Positions 8,534-17,207 of a stretch of DNA of 23,512 nucleotides are shown here, piece by piece (position 1 is the stretch's first letter; each line of letters opens with the position of its first letter). A program made the translations under genes and the position numbers. Source of the DNA: a virus. Its lineage: Duplodnaviria > Heunggongvirae > Uroviricota > Caudoviricetes. Location: IMG/VR virus record IMGVR_UViG_2531839455_000001. One strand, given 5' to 3'. The notes below the pieces were generated by a model, which worked only from the letters and a program-made list of their open reading frames with translations, searched no databases and was not told the DNA's origin.

Positions 8534-9475
8534 ATGAGCACTAAATTAACCGGCTATGTATGGGATGGTTGCGCTGCATCAGGCATGAAGTTATCCAGCG
8601 TGGCAATTATGGCCCGCCTGGCTGATTTCAGTAATGACGAAGGTGTGTGCTGGCCATCAATTGAAACCATTGCCCGTCAGATTGGCGCGGGGATGAGTAC
8701 CGTCAGAACGGCTATCGCACGGCTGGAAGCAGAAGGCTGGTTAACGCGTAAGGCGCGTCGCCAGGGTAACCGCAATGCGTCGAATGTTTATCAGCTTAAC
8801 GTTGCGAAGCTTCAGGCAGCGGCATTTTCTCAACTGTCAGATTCTGACCCGTCAAAATCTGACGCATCAAAATCTGACCCGTCAAAATTTGATGCGTCGA
8901 AATCTGGCAAAAAAGCGGGTTTTCACCCGTCAGAATCTGGCGGGGATCCGTCAGTAAAATCAAAACATGATCCGTCAGATAAAAAACCTTCTCGTCCGGA
9001 CGCTTCGCAACCGGACACGCAGACGGCTGAACAGGATTTTTTAACTCGCCATCCTGATGCGGTTGTATTCAGCCCTAAAAAGCGCCAGTGGGGGACGCAG
9101 GATGATTTGACCTGCGCACAGTGGCTCTGGAAAAAAATCATCGCCCTGTACGAGCAGGCTGCCGAATGTGACGGCGAGGTGGTTCGTCCCAAAGAACCGA
9201 ACTGGACAGCCTGGGCAAACGAAATTCGCCTGATGTGTGTGCAGGATGGTCGTACTCACAAACAAATCTGCGAGATGTACAGCCGCGTCAGCCGCGATCC
9301 GTTCTGGTGCCGTAACGTGCTCAGCCCGTCGAAGCTGCGGGAAAAATGGGATGAGCTTTCCCTGCGCTTATCGCCGTCCGTAAGCACGTACACCGAAAAA
9401 CGCGAAGACCCGTACTTCAAATCCAGTTACGACAACGTGGACTACAGCCAGATCCCGGCAGGATTCAGGGGGTGA
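8534..9475 (+). CDS. Lambda O-like replication initiator (N-terminal winged-helix), 313 aa, iterons embedded
   Basis: N-terminus ...DEGVCWPSIETIARQIGAGMSTVRTAIARLEAEGWL...; central repeat-encoded segment DPSKSDASKSDPSKFDASKS coincides with DNA iterons. Confidence 0.7.
   Translation: MSTKLTGYVWDGCAASGMKLSSVAIMARLADFSNDEGVCWPSIETIARQIGAGMSTVRTAIARLEAEGWLTRKARRQGNRNASNVYQLNVAKLQAAAFSQLSDSDPSKSDASKSDPSKFDASKSGKKAGFHPSESGGDPSVKSKHDPSDKKPSRPDASQPDTQTAEQDFLTRHPDAVVFSPKKRQWGTQDDLTCAQWLWKKIIALYEQAAECDGEVVRPKEPNWTAWANEIRLMCVQDGRTHKQICEMYSRVSRDPFWCRNVLSPSKLREKWDELSLRLSPSVSTYTEKREDPYFKSSYDNVDYSQIPAGFRG
8828..8990. repeat. Iteron array (putative prophage ori) inside replication gene
   Basis: Tandem ~15-bp units TCTGACCCGTCAAAA / TCTGACGCATCAAAA / TCTGACCCGTCAAAA / TTTGATGCGTCGAAA and degenerate copies (..CCGTCAGAATCT.., ..TCCGTCAGTAAAATC.., ..TCCGTCAGATAAAAAA). 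Confidence 0.6.
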
Positions 9476-9490
9476 TCATGAGTCTGTTAA

Positions 9491-10009
9491 ATGACGTTCA
9501 GAAATTCATTGAAGCCCAAAGATATTGTTGGTGTATGGACCGTATGTCACGGGCATATTGCACCGCCAGATATTCCGGCAGGCTTCGTGGCTGTTTTCAA
9601 CAGTGATGAGGCATCGTGGCATCTCGTTGAAGACCATCGAGGTAAAACGGTTTATGACGTGGCATCAGGGGACGCGTTATTTATTTCTGAACTCGGTCCG
9701 TTACCGGAAAATGTTACTTGGTTGTCACCGGAAGGGGAATATCAGAAGTGGAACGGCACAGCCTGGGTGAAGGATACGGAAGCAGAAAAACTGTTCCGGA
9801 TCCGGGAGGCGGAAGAAACAAAAAACAGCCTGATGCAGGTAGCCAGTGAGCATATTGCGCCGCTTCAGGATGCTGCAGATCTGGAAATCGCAACGGAGGA
9901 AGAAACCTCGTTGCTTGAAGCCTGGAAGAAGTATCGGGTGTTGCTGAATCGTGTTGATACATCAACTGCACCTGATATTGAGTGGCCTGCAATCCCTGTT
10001 ATGGAATAA
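9491..10009 (+). pseudogene. Tail fibre assembly (Tfa) gene remnant: conserved C-terminal portion only, fused to an unrelated short N-terminus
   Basis: ...[35 protein letters not shown]...[16 protein letters not shown]...[22 protein letters not shown] matches the recalled Tfa C-terminal domain; canonical Tfa N-terminus absent; no tail fibre gene upstream. Confidence 0.65.
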
Positions 10010-10562
10010 TCGTTCCTGTTGTAGCCACAGTCACGTCATATACAAGAACTTGCCGGCCTAAGAAGAGTTCGTGCTGATTTTGAATATAAAATCAGCATTA
10101 CAACGCCCGAAATACCCAGGCTAAAAAATTTCTTAGGACATTATCAGCTGGCGATACATAGATGGACTGGATACTAGACCGATAGAGGCGCTGTATGCGT
10201 CATCTTGTCGTGATGCTGGCGAAGTTGTGCGAACGAAGTATTAACTTTTGCAGCCTAGCTGATTCAATTGATGCAGCCACACTAACGGGGCGCTTTTTTC
10301 CATGTAATGGTTGTAGAAGATGTTACTGAGAGGGATTAAATGAAACAGCAAATACGTCATATGTTAGAGCATGTTGTGGTTGACTGTTGAACACACCTAT
10401 CACAAATGTGCTTCTTTAGAAAGAGAATTTACATAAGCAAATTGCAACATGTTTTTTTTCTGAGTAAATAGTATGATTAACAATGCTGACTACCATTTTC
10501 TTACATGGCGAACCTAATTAAGAATTAAACGCGAGTAGATTACCCGCTTTAGAGGAGGATTT

Positions 10563-11504
10563 ATGTCCGGTTACTGTTTTTACTCTCAGGATGCATTAGC
10601 CTTAGCCCAGGCAGCTGGTGTTGATGTAATAATAAACGAGTATGCTGAGAAGAATAAAAAACAGACATATGTTCTTTGTCGTCCCCTGTCAAATGAGGAT
10701 GTAAAGTATGATTATGACCAAGCGATAGCGGTATTTTCGGCTGGTATAAAACCTTTTTTTATGAATTTAGGAGATGACGTCGAACTCTTTGAAGAGTATC
10801 AAGAGGATTTTCTAGAGGATGTATCATATTTAGCAGAGAAATTTAAGTATCGTAGTAAAATTGGAAGAAAAAAGACATGGCAAGATTTATTTGAAGTACT
10901 TTCTGTTGGTGATGCCGATTTCAGTAAGCTGGAGGTTGAAACTAAAGAAAGTAGAATAATTGATTTGCTAATCTCGCTTATTGTGGGAAGTATTAACGAT
11001 ACTTCAAGAATTAATCTTGAAGCAAGTAATTTATTAGATACAATAAAATCAAAGATTATTTTATTTGATACTGATCAAACAAAATTCGTTTTCCAAAGTG
11101 GAATTGGAAAAAAGACTGTAATACAAGGCTTGGCTGGTTCGGGGAAAACAGAACTCCTTTTACATAAATTAAAAGAGGTTTATTTAAGGAACCCTGATGC
11201 TAAAATTGCATTTACTTGTTTTAATAAAATACTTGCATCTACAATGAGAACTAGGATACCAGAGTTTTTTGATTTTATGCGAGTGGAAAAGCAAATTGAA
11301 TGGGGTACGAAACTTTTTTGTTTTAACTCTTGGGGTTTGACTAAAGATCCCTTTTCTGGGATGTATAGATATATATGTCATTATTACGAAATTCCATTCG
11401 GTGGTTTTGGCAACGGAGATTTCGATGCTCTTTGCAAAAAAGCCATTTTGGATATAAAAAAAGTGGGCGGTCTGATGAAAAAGCTCTCGATTATGTGTTT
11501 ATAG
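10563..11504 (+). CDS. UvrD-like SF1 helicase, N-terminal segment (unknown ~190-aa N-domain + Walker A); reading frame ends shortly after an A7 run
   Basis: AGAGGAGG RBS before ATG; Walker A GLAGSGKTELLLHK (nt ~11127-11168); AT-rich; frame continues sensibly in the -1 frame after 11456-11462. Confidence 0.7.
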   Translation: MSGYCFYSQDALALAQAAGVDVIINEYAEKNKKQTYVLCRPLSNEDVKYDYDQAIAVFSAGIKPFFMNLGDDVELFEEYQEDFLEDVSYLAEKFKYRSKIGRKKTWQDLFEVLSVGDADFSKLEVETKESRIIDLLISLIVGSINDTSRINLEASNLLDTIKSKIILFDTDQTKFVFQSGIGKKTVIQGLAGSGKTELLLHKLKEVYLRNPDAKIAFTCFNKILASTMRTRIPEFFDFMRVEKQIEWGTKLFCFNSWGLTKDPFSGMYRYICHYYEIPFGGFGNGDFDALCKKAILDIKKVGGLMKKLSIMCL

Positions 11505-12550
11505 ATGAAAGCCAAGATTTTCCACAAAGCTTCATTGAACTATGTGAAATGGTTACATCTAAAAAACTATATGTAGCGGGCGATGTATTTCAAAATATAT
11601 TTATGCCGATTAATGATAACGTGAATCGAGCAGATATAGTTCTTAAAAAATGTTATCGCACAGATCCAAAGAACTTAATGTTTTCTCATGCACTAGGAAT
11701 GGGACTTTATGAGAAACCGGTGCTTCGGTGGTTGAAAGAGACTGAGTGGGATTCTTGTGGATATAAATATAATAAGGTTGGGGATAGAGTACATTTATCT
11801 AGGGATCCGTTAAGACGCTTTGAAGATATTCCAAAAAATCATAAAAGTACGGCTATTCATTTACTAAAAGAAGTGGATAATGGTCCTGATAAAATAGTTG
11901 AAATTATTAAGGATATTCAGGCCCGCAATCCTACTTTAGAGCAAGGAGATATAGCAGTCATTTTCCTTGATGCTAGTGGTTATATTTATGATTATATTCA
12001 ATCACTAAAATCAAAAGTCAAGTTGCAGCTTGGTTGGGACTCTAATATTTCACATGAGACAAAATCAAAACAAGATGGGAAGCTTTTTATTTCCAATATA
12101 AACAATGCAAAAGGGCTTGAGTTCCCATTTGTTATTTGTTTTGCTATGAAATTAGTAAAGAGAGCAAACTTTCGAAATGCTCTGTATACTATGATGGCTA
12201 GATCTTTTTTAGAAAGCCATTTAGTTTTAAATAATGATAATGAAAATCCGGCAATGCCTACTATTATTGAAGGTTTAGATTTTCTCAATAAAAATGATTA
12301 TATGGATGTAAGACTTCCGTCGGATGAGGAAATAAACAATCAAAAGGATTATATTATTTTGGATGAGTCTACCTCTATTAATCAAATGGTTAGAAAATAT
12401 TGTGAAGATAAAAAATCCACACCTCGCTTAATAGCAAAAGTTACTCACACTGTAGAAACTATAATAGCAGGTCTTGATGATGATGATGTCGATGATGACT
12501 ATATAAATAGATTGATTGAAATAGAATATATAAGGAATAAAAAGTTATGA
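11375..12550 (+). CDS. UvrD-like SF1 helicase, C-terminal segment (helicase motifs II-VI); meaningful coding begins near 11462
   Basis: Motifs DYVFIDESQDF (II), YVAGDVFQNIF (III), CYRT (IV), AKGLEFPFVICF (VI); first ~29 codons of the ORF are an out-of-frame overlap with the N-terminal segment. Confidence 0.7.
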   Translation: MSLLRNSIRWFWQRRFRCSLQKSHFGYKKSGRSDEKALDYVFIDESQDFPQSFIELCEMVTSKKLYVAGDVFQNIFMPINDNVNRADIVLKKCYRTDPKNLMFSHALGMGLYEKPVLRWLKETEWDSCGYKYNKVGDRVHLSRDPLRRFEDIPKNHKSTAIHLLKEVDNGPDKIVEIIKDIQARNPTLEQGDIAVIFLDASGYIYDYIQSLKSKVKLQLGWDSNISHETKSKQDGKLFISNINNAKGLEFPFVICFAMKLVKRANFRNALYTMMARSFLESHLVLNNDNENPAMPTIIEGLDFLNKNDYMDVRLPSDEEINNQKDYIILDESTSINQMVRKYCEDKKSTPRLIAKVTHTVETIIAGLDDDDVDDDYINRLIEIEYIRNKKL

Positions 12551-13185
12551 GTTTTTATTTCTTTAATAATGTACCTACAGTGTACCTTGAAAAGTTCTGC
12601 GCTGTAAGAGATGCATTTTCCAATCTGGAAAATCTTCTTATTGCTGCGGAAATTATAAATACATGTCATGACTGTTGGAATAAAGAAACAAATGATTTCG
12701 ATTTGCTAATAAGTACTGGTACTCATAAGCGAATTCTGGTGAGGAAACCGGATGGTTTTTTTTCTATGAATTTACCATTTCAAGTAATTGAGTATGAAAG
12801 CAATATCTGTTTTAACTATGATGCCTATGGGCTTCCTGTTAATGCAGAGTTTATTTCTCGATGCAGGAATGTAATAAATACTTGCAGTAATGGCGCTTTT
12901 TCTCAGGAGGCAATTGCTCTTGAATTGTGTGATAACTTTGATCGAGATATTCAAAGTGCTATAAATTATGCTGATGCAATTTGTTCATTGTTGTTAGTTG
13001 ATCATGGGTATTTTAGGTTTGATGATGATCCTAAAAATGCGAAGGATAAAGTGCATCCAAGATATCACTTTGATTTTTTCTTCAATAATTCTACTAATGT
13101 AAAGATAGGCTGTAATACTCGTTTGGATGAATCATTTTTTTTAGAACTATTTGATGTAAATAAAGACCGCCCCTATCTGGCTTGA
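12547..13185 (+). CDS. Hypothetical 212-aa protein, translationally coupled partner of the helicase
   Basis: ATG overlaps helicase stop (ATGA); AT-rich, Cys/His/Asp-rich (LVDHGYFRFDDDPKNAKDKVHPRYHFDF); strong hairpin directly after stop. Confidence 0.65.
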   Translation: MSFYFFNNVPTVYLEKFCAVRDAFSNLENLLIAAEIINTCHDCWNKETNDFDLLISTGTHKRILVRKPDGFFSMNLPFQVIEYESNICFNYDAYGLPVNAEFISRCRNVINTCSNGAFSQEAIALELCDNFDRDIQSAINYADAICSLLLVDHGYFRFDDDPKNAKDKVHPRYHFDFFFNNSTNVKIGCNTRLDESFFLELFDVNKDRPYLA

Positions 13186-13187
13186 AT

Positions 13188-13213
13188 TATAAGCGCCCAT
13201 CAGGGCGCTTATA
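13188..13213. terminator. Stable hairpin (11-bp stem) immediately 3' of the cassette; no U-tract
   Basis: TATAAGCGCCC-ATCA-GGGCGCTTATA. Confidence 0.3.
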
Positions 13214-13635
13214 GGGTGAGATGAGTATTATAAAGAGTCTGTTTTGGGTAGTGTTTTTATAAATATTTACATATATCATAACTTTTGCCAATGTAATATT
13301 TGAATTCTTCTATTACGTATTTAAGTATCGTTTGGCTTTTTTTCTTTGGCTATCCTGCACTCAATAAGCATAAAAATCCATTTACATTGTTTTTGCATAT
13401 GACATGTTTTTAATTGTTCGAATGGATCGTGTTAGTACTATTTTATCTGGTAAAAAGCAGATGTAGATATTAGGAAGTTTTTTTTGAATGATAATGGAGC
13501 AATTAAGATTTTTTATTCTAACCATTCCCTAGAAATACTCTGCCTAAAAAATAGACATAATATGGCAACCATAATAGGCCGGTTTTTGGTGGCATGAAAG
13601 GATTTTTAATCCTTGTGCCTGACACCTTATCATGA

Positions 13636-14504
13636 TTATGAAAGACCGTAGTATTTATTTAGCGCGGTGGTAGCGGCTTGAGTTGCTACAGCTATTCCTA
13701 TACCCAAAATACCATGGGCTGCTTTACTTGCAATATTTGCCAGCCATTTACTAACAGATTGACCGTATTCATCACGTCTGTTAGCTATCGGGCCATCTTC
13801 ACCAATAGCAATTTCTAAATCGTTTACATCAGATTTAGGAAACCCCTGAGCTAAGAGATATTCTTTTAATGATTCAATGTTGTTTTTTACGATATGGTTA
13901 TTCACAGAAAATGAGTTTTCATTTCCGAAGTTTATAACAGTATTGTCTCCAAAAATTGAGTTATGAAACAATGAAGACGTGTCGATATTTTTAAGTTTTT
14001 CTGTCATGTTTTTCTCATCTGATATTTCAGAAACTTGATCAGAAAGTTCAAGTATAAAATCAAGTAGCCGTGATCTGACCTGAGTTAAGATGGAAGTGAA
14101 GTTATGTAGCGCGATCTCTTTATAACAGCATGTTAACTCATAGCCTCTATCGATACCTTTGCAATATTTAACTAATGCATAATCTAAAGGAATTGGCTGC
14201 TGCAGGGTATGGCTATCACCAGCATTGGTTACTAGGTCTTCGATTTGACTGATTGAAAGTCTAACTTTACTGGTTGTAGCATCTTCATAGTCATCTTCAC
14301 TGAGATAGCCAATCGGTAAAGGAAAAGCTCTATATAGGCGAATGCCATTGTTCAGATCTGCAAGAATTCTTGTGCCAACAATTCTATAATCGGGAAGGGA
14401 AACTGAATCAGAATAACCGTTTATCTCATGATTTACCCATGCAGCAAGCTCCTTTTTCCCGATAGAGAAAAGAAGGATCTTTGTTTTTATGAGAGCATCT
14501 GTTG
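13636..14504 (-). pseudogene. Abi-like gene (AbiTii-type N-terminal domain suspected), 3' portion; gene split by IS66-family insertion
   Basis: Minus-strand frame is open from the IS boundary (14504) to the stop at 13636 (...KELAAWVNHEINGYSDS...MTEKLKNIDTSS...AAHGILGIGIAVATQAATTALNKYYGLS); the ORF track shows only the distal 123 aa because there is no in-frame ATG upstream. Confidence 0.6.
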
Positions 14505-14534
14505 GTAAGCGGCTCGTCAGAACCGTATTGATAT

Positions 14535-16106
14535 TTACTGAGAGCTCAGATCAACTTTCCAGGGCAACAGATCGCGTACCCGGTTTGCCGGCCAGTCCTG
14601 GATATGTTCAATGACGTAGCGCAGCCACTTTTCTGGCTCCACATTGTTCAGACGGCATGTGCCGATCAGCGAGTACAACACCGCCGCATGTTCACCACCG
14701 CTGTCGGAACCCGCGAACATCCACTTTTTCCGGCCTACGGCCACTCCCCGTAAGGCGTTCTCTGCGATGTTGTTGTCGATTTCCACCCAGCCATTACTGC
14801 AGTACACGTTCAGTGCATCCCACTGTTTCAGCAGGTATGCGAACGCTTTTGCCGTATCTGAGTGACGCGACAGTGTTTTCATCTGTTGCTGTATCCAGTC
14901 ATACAGTGACTGCATCAGTGGCGCGGCTCTGGTTTTTCTTGCCGCCAGACGCTGTTCTGCTGAACAGCCCCGGACCTCTGCCTCGATGGCATACAGTTCA
15001 CCGATACGCTGCAGGGCTTCCGTGGTGATGTCGGTGGGCGCTCTTGCATGCACATCGTGGATTTTTCTCCGGGCATGAGCCATACACGCGGCTTCCGTTA
15101 TTCTGCCGGATTCGTATAACGCCCGGTAACCACCGTAAGCATCGGCCTGAAGCACACCGCTGTAACCGGCCAGGTGATTTTGTGGATGGATACCTTTCCG
15201 GTCCGGACTGTACGCGAACCAGACCGCCGGGGGCATCTGTGAACCGGCGTTACGGTCATCACGGACGTAGACCCACAGCCGGGCTGTCCGGGTTTTACCG
15301 CTGCCCGGCTCCTGGACCGGGACGGGGATATCATCAGCATGGACTTTACCGGGCATCAGCACATACTGGCGCAGGACGTCATACAGCGGCTCCAGTAGTT
15401 CAGCAACGGCACCTGTCCAGCGCCCCAGTGTGGCACGGCTCAGCTCCACACCCTGACGGCGGTATATCTCTGACTGGCGGTATAACGGCAGATGGTCTGC
15501 ATATTTTCCGGTGACGACATGGGCCAGGAGCCCCGCTCCGGCATAACTGCGTGCAATGGGTTTTGAAGGTACTGGTGCCTGCACGATATGGTCGCACCGA
15601 CAACAGGCCAGTTTCGGACGTTGTGTTTCGATAACCTTAAAGGCGCTGCTGATAAGCTCCAGTTGCTCTGACACATCACATCCCAGAGAACTGAGTTCAC
15701 CACCACAGGCAGGACAGCATTCCTCTTCCGGCCGGATAACCCGGGTTTCACGGGGAAGTGAGGCCGGTAACGGTTTACGGGCTGAAGACTGGCGCAGGGC
15801 GGATGGCAGTACCGGGTCATATTGCTCACCCAGCGTTTCCGCCATTTCTTCCTGAAGTGCGCTGATTCGCTCCTGTGCTTCCTGTATCTGCCGTTCGGTT
15901 TTTGCACGAAGTTTTTCTGAGCTTTTACCGAACTGCATACGTTGCAGTTTCGCAACCAGCGCCTTCAGCCGGTTGATTTCGGAAGCATAAGCCGCCACCC
16001 GCTGTGAGAGCAGGCGGTTGTATTCAGCCATCTGGCGTATGGTGTCCTGTTGCGTCTGCAACAGTGCCCGCAGGCGGGCGTTCTCATGAGCAAGTGAGGT
16101 GTCCAT
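14535..16106 (-). CDS. tnpC: IS66-family transposase TnpC (523 aa)
   Basis: [20 protein letters not shown]... with leucine-zipper-like N-terminus, CxxC...CxxC zinc-finger and DDE-type core, matching recalled IS66 Orf3. Confidence 0.9.
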   Translation of the reverse strand: MDTSLAHENARLRALLQTQQDTIRQMAEYNRLLSQRVAAYASEINRLKALVAKLQRMQFGKSSEKLRAKTERQIQEAQERISALQEEMAETLGEQYDPVLPSALRQSSARKPLPASLPRETRVIRPEEECCPACGGELSSLGCDVSEQLELISSAFKVIETQRPKLACCRCDHIVQAPVPSKPIARSYAGAGLLAHVVTGKYADHLPLYRQSEIYRRQGVELSRATLGRWTGAVAELLEPLYDVLRQYVLMPGKVHADDIPVPVQEPGSGKTRTARLWVYVRDDRNAGSQMPPAVWFAYSPDRKGIHPQNHLAGYSGVLQADAYGGYRALYESGRITEAACMAHARRKIHDVHARAPTDITTEALQRIGELYAIEAEVRGCSAEQRLAARKTRAAPLMQSLYDWIQQQMKTLSRHSDTAKAFAYLLKQWDALNVYCSNGWVEIDNNIAENALRGVAVGRKKWMFAGSDSGGEHAAVLYSLIGTCRLNNVEPEKWLRYVIEHIQDWPANRVRDLLPWKVDLSSQ

Positions 16107-16125
16107 ATCCTCACTTTACAACGGG

Positions 16126-16473
16126 TTATATGCGGATTCCAGCGCGTTCCGTTCGTTTCGGGTGCTTCCAGTTGATACCTTCAAGAAGCATGGATAACTG
16201 AGCCGGAGTAAGGTGCACCTTGCCGTCACGGGTGACTGGCCAGACGAAGCGGCCCCGCTCCAGGCGTTTGGTGAAGAGGCACAGTCCGTCACTGTCAGCC
16301 CACAACACTTTTATCTGGTCACCCCGGCGTCCGCGGAAGATGAACAGGTGTCCGGAGAACGGGTCATCCTTCAGGACGTTCTGAACTTTTGATGCCAGGC
16401 CGTTAAAGCCATTTCGCATATCGGTGATACCTGCAACCAGCCAGATACGCGAACCTGCAGGGAGAGATATCAT
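16126..16473 (-). CDS. tnpB: IS66-family TnpB (Orf2), 115 aa
   Basis: MISLPAGSRIWLVAGITDMRNGFNGLASKVQ...GHLFIFRGRRGDQIKVLWAD..., the recalled conserved IS66 Orf2 signature. Confidence 0.85.
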   Translation of the reverse strand: MISLPAGSRIWLVAGITDMRNGFNGLASKVQNVLKDDPFSGHLFIFRGRRGDQIKVLWADSDGLCLFTKRLERGRFVWPVTRDGKVHLTPAQLSMLLEGINWKHPKRTERAGIRI

Positions 16474-16679
16474 CAGTGGCTGCTCCCTTTTATTTCGCGG
16501 ATAAGTGTCTGTAATAACGCCGGCGTCAGTTTACCTTTAAGCCTGAGAGTTCCGGCCGGCAGAACCAGCTCACAACACAGACTGTCGGACGGTGTATTTA
16601 TCTGCTCTGGTTCCTGTGCGGGGGCCGGGATTTTATTATCCGGCTCCGGCGTTAACGTCACGGGAAGCAGTGCCGGCAT
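16473..16679 (-). CDS. IS66-internal small ORF (68 aa), stop overlaps tnpB start; possibly part of the accessory protein
   Basis: ATGA overlap with tnpB; Pro-rich; no in-frame ATG upstream; uncertain. Confidence 0.3.
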   Translation of the reverse strand: MPALLPVTLTPEPDNKIPAPAQEPEQINTPSDSLCCELVLPAGTLRLKGKLTPALLQTLIREIKGSSH

Positions 16680-16809
16680 ATTTTTTCCGGAAGGCAGCAG
16701 GCCACCTTTCCGGTATTGATGGTCGCCAGTTGAAGAGCAGGTTATCGTTGATTCCGTTTTCCCGGGGCGATCTGCGCCACACAGGCTCCGGGCTGCAGTG
16801 ACTGCTCCA

Positions 16810-17154
16810 CTAAGGCGATTTTAAACTCATAAGGGAAGTTGGGCCGCCGGGGGACGTTTTTTTACCACGGGGGCGTTCGGATATAACGGTGCTTTCAGGA
16901 CGTACGACTGGTACCGTGGAAAATTGTCCGTAAAGGCAGGCATCAAGTTCCTGCTCCGACATGCCTGCGGGCAAAGGCCACGAAAGGCCAGCTCTCCGAA
17001 AGCGCACGAACATACTACAAACTGTTGATTTTGGTACACCCAGGCGACGCCCGGCCACAACCCGGGGTAAATGTTCTTCAAAGTGAAGACGTAAAGCTTC
17101 AGTGATCCAGGTCCGGTGTTTCATACGATAGTGTCCATTAAAAATGATGGACAT
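16810..17154 (-). CDS. tnpA: IS66-family accessory protein TnpA (Orf1), HTH-containing, ~104-114 aa
   Basis: First ORF inside the left IR, same strand as tnpB/tnpC; HTH-like ...LGVPKSTVCSMFVRFRRAGLSWPLP...; alternative start MKHRTWITE at 17124. Confidence 0.5.
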   Translation of the reverse strand: MSIIFNGHYRMKHRTWITEALRLHFEEHLPRVVAGRRLGVPKSTVCSMFVRFRRAGLSWPLPAGMSEQELDACLYGQFSTVPVVRPESTVISERPRGKKTSPGGPTSLMSLKSP

Positions 17155-17207
17155 TATTTTTGTAGAGCCGGAGGAAACAGACCAGACGGTTTAAATGAGC
17201 CGGTTAC

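Larger units (their letters stand above)
14505..17207 (-). mobile_element. IS66-family insertion sequence, complete (2703 bp), imperfect 22-bp terminal IRs, 8-bp target site duplication
   Basis: IR GTAAGCGGCTCGTCAGAACCGT (14505-14526) versus reverse complement of 17186-17207 GTAACCGGCTCATTTAAACCGT; flanking direct repeat ATCTGTTG at 14497-14504 and 17208-17215; three IS66-type ORFs inside. Confidence 0.85.

Noticed and set aside
8828-8990. Possible CRISPR array (short tandem repeats)
   Set aside because: Repeats are 15-bp units without unique spacers, lie inside a coding sequence and encode a repetitive peptide; no cas genes or leader. They are better explained as replication-origin iterons.
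14644-16201. Several plus-strand ORFs of 65-171 aa inside the IS66 element
   Set aside because: Antisense to tnpC/tnpB in GC-rich DNA; Arg/Pro/Ser-rich compositions typical of spurious frames.
16810-17154. IS21-family istA 5' fragment (the ..AGLSWPLP..ELDACLY.. motif resembles IstA N-termini)
   Set aside because: The 8-bp target duplication and matching terminal inverted repeats place this ORF inside a single 2703-bp IS66-family element, so it is most simply that element's first ORF.
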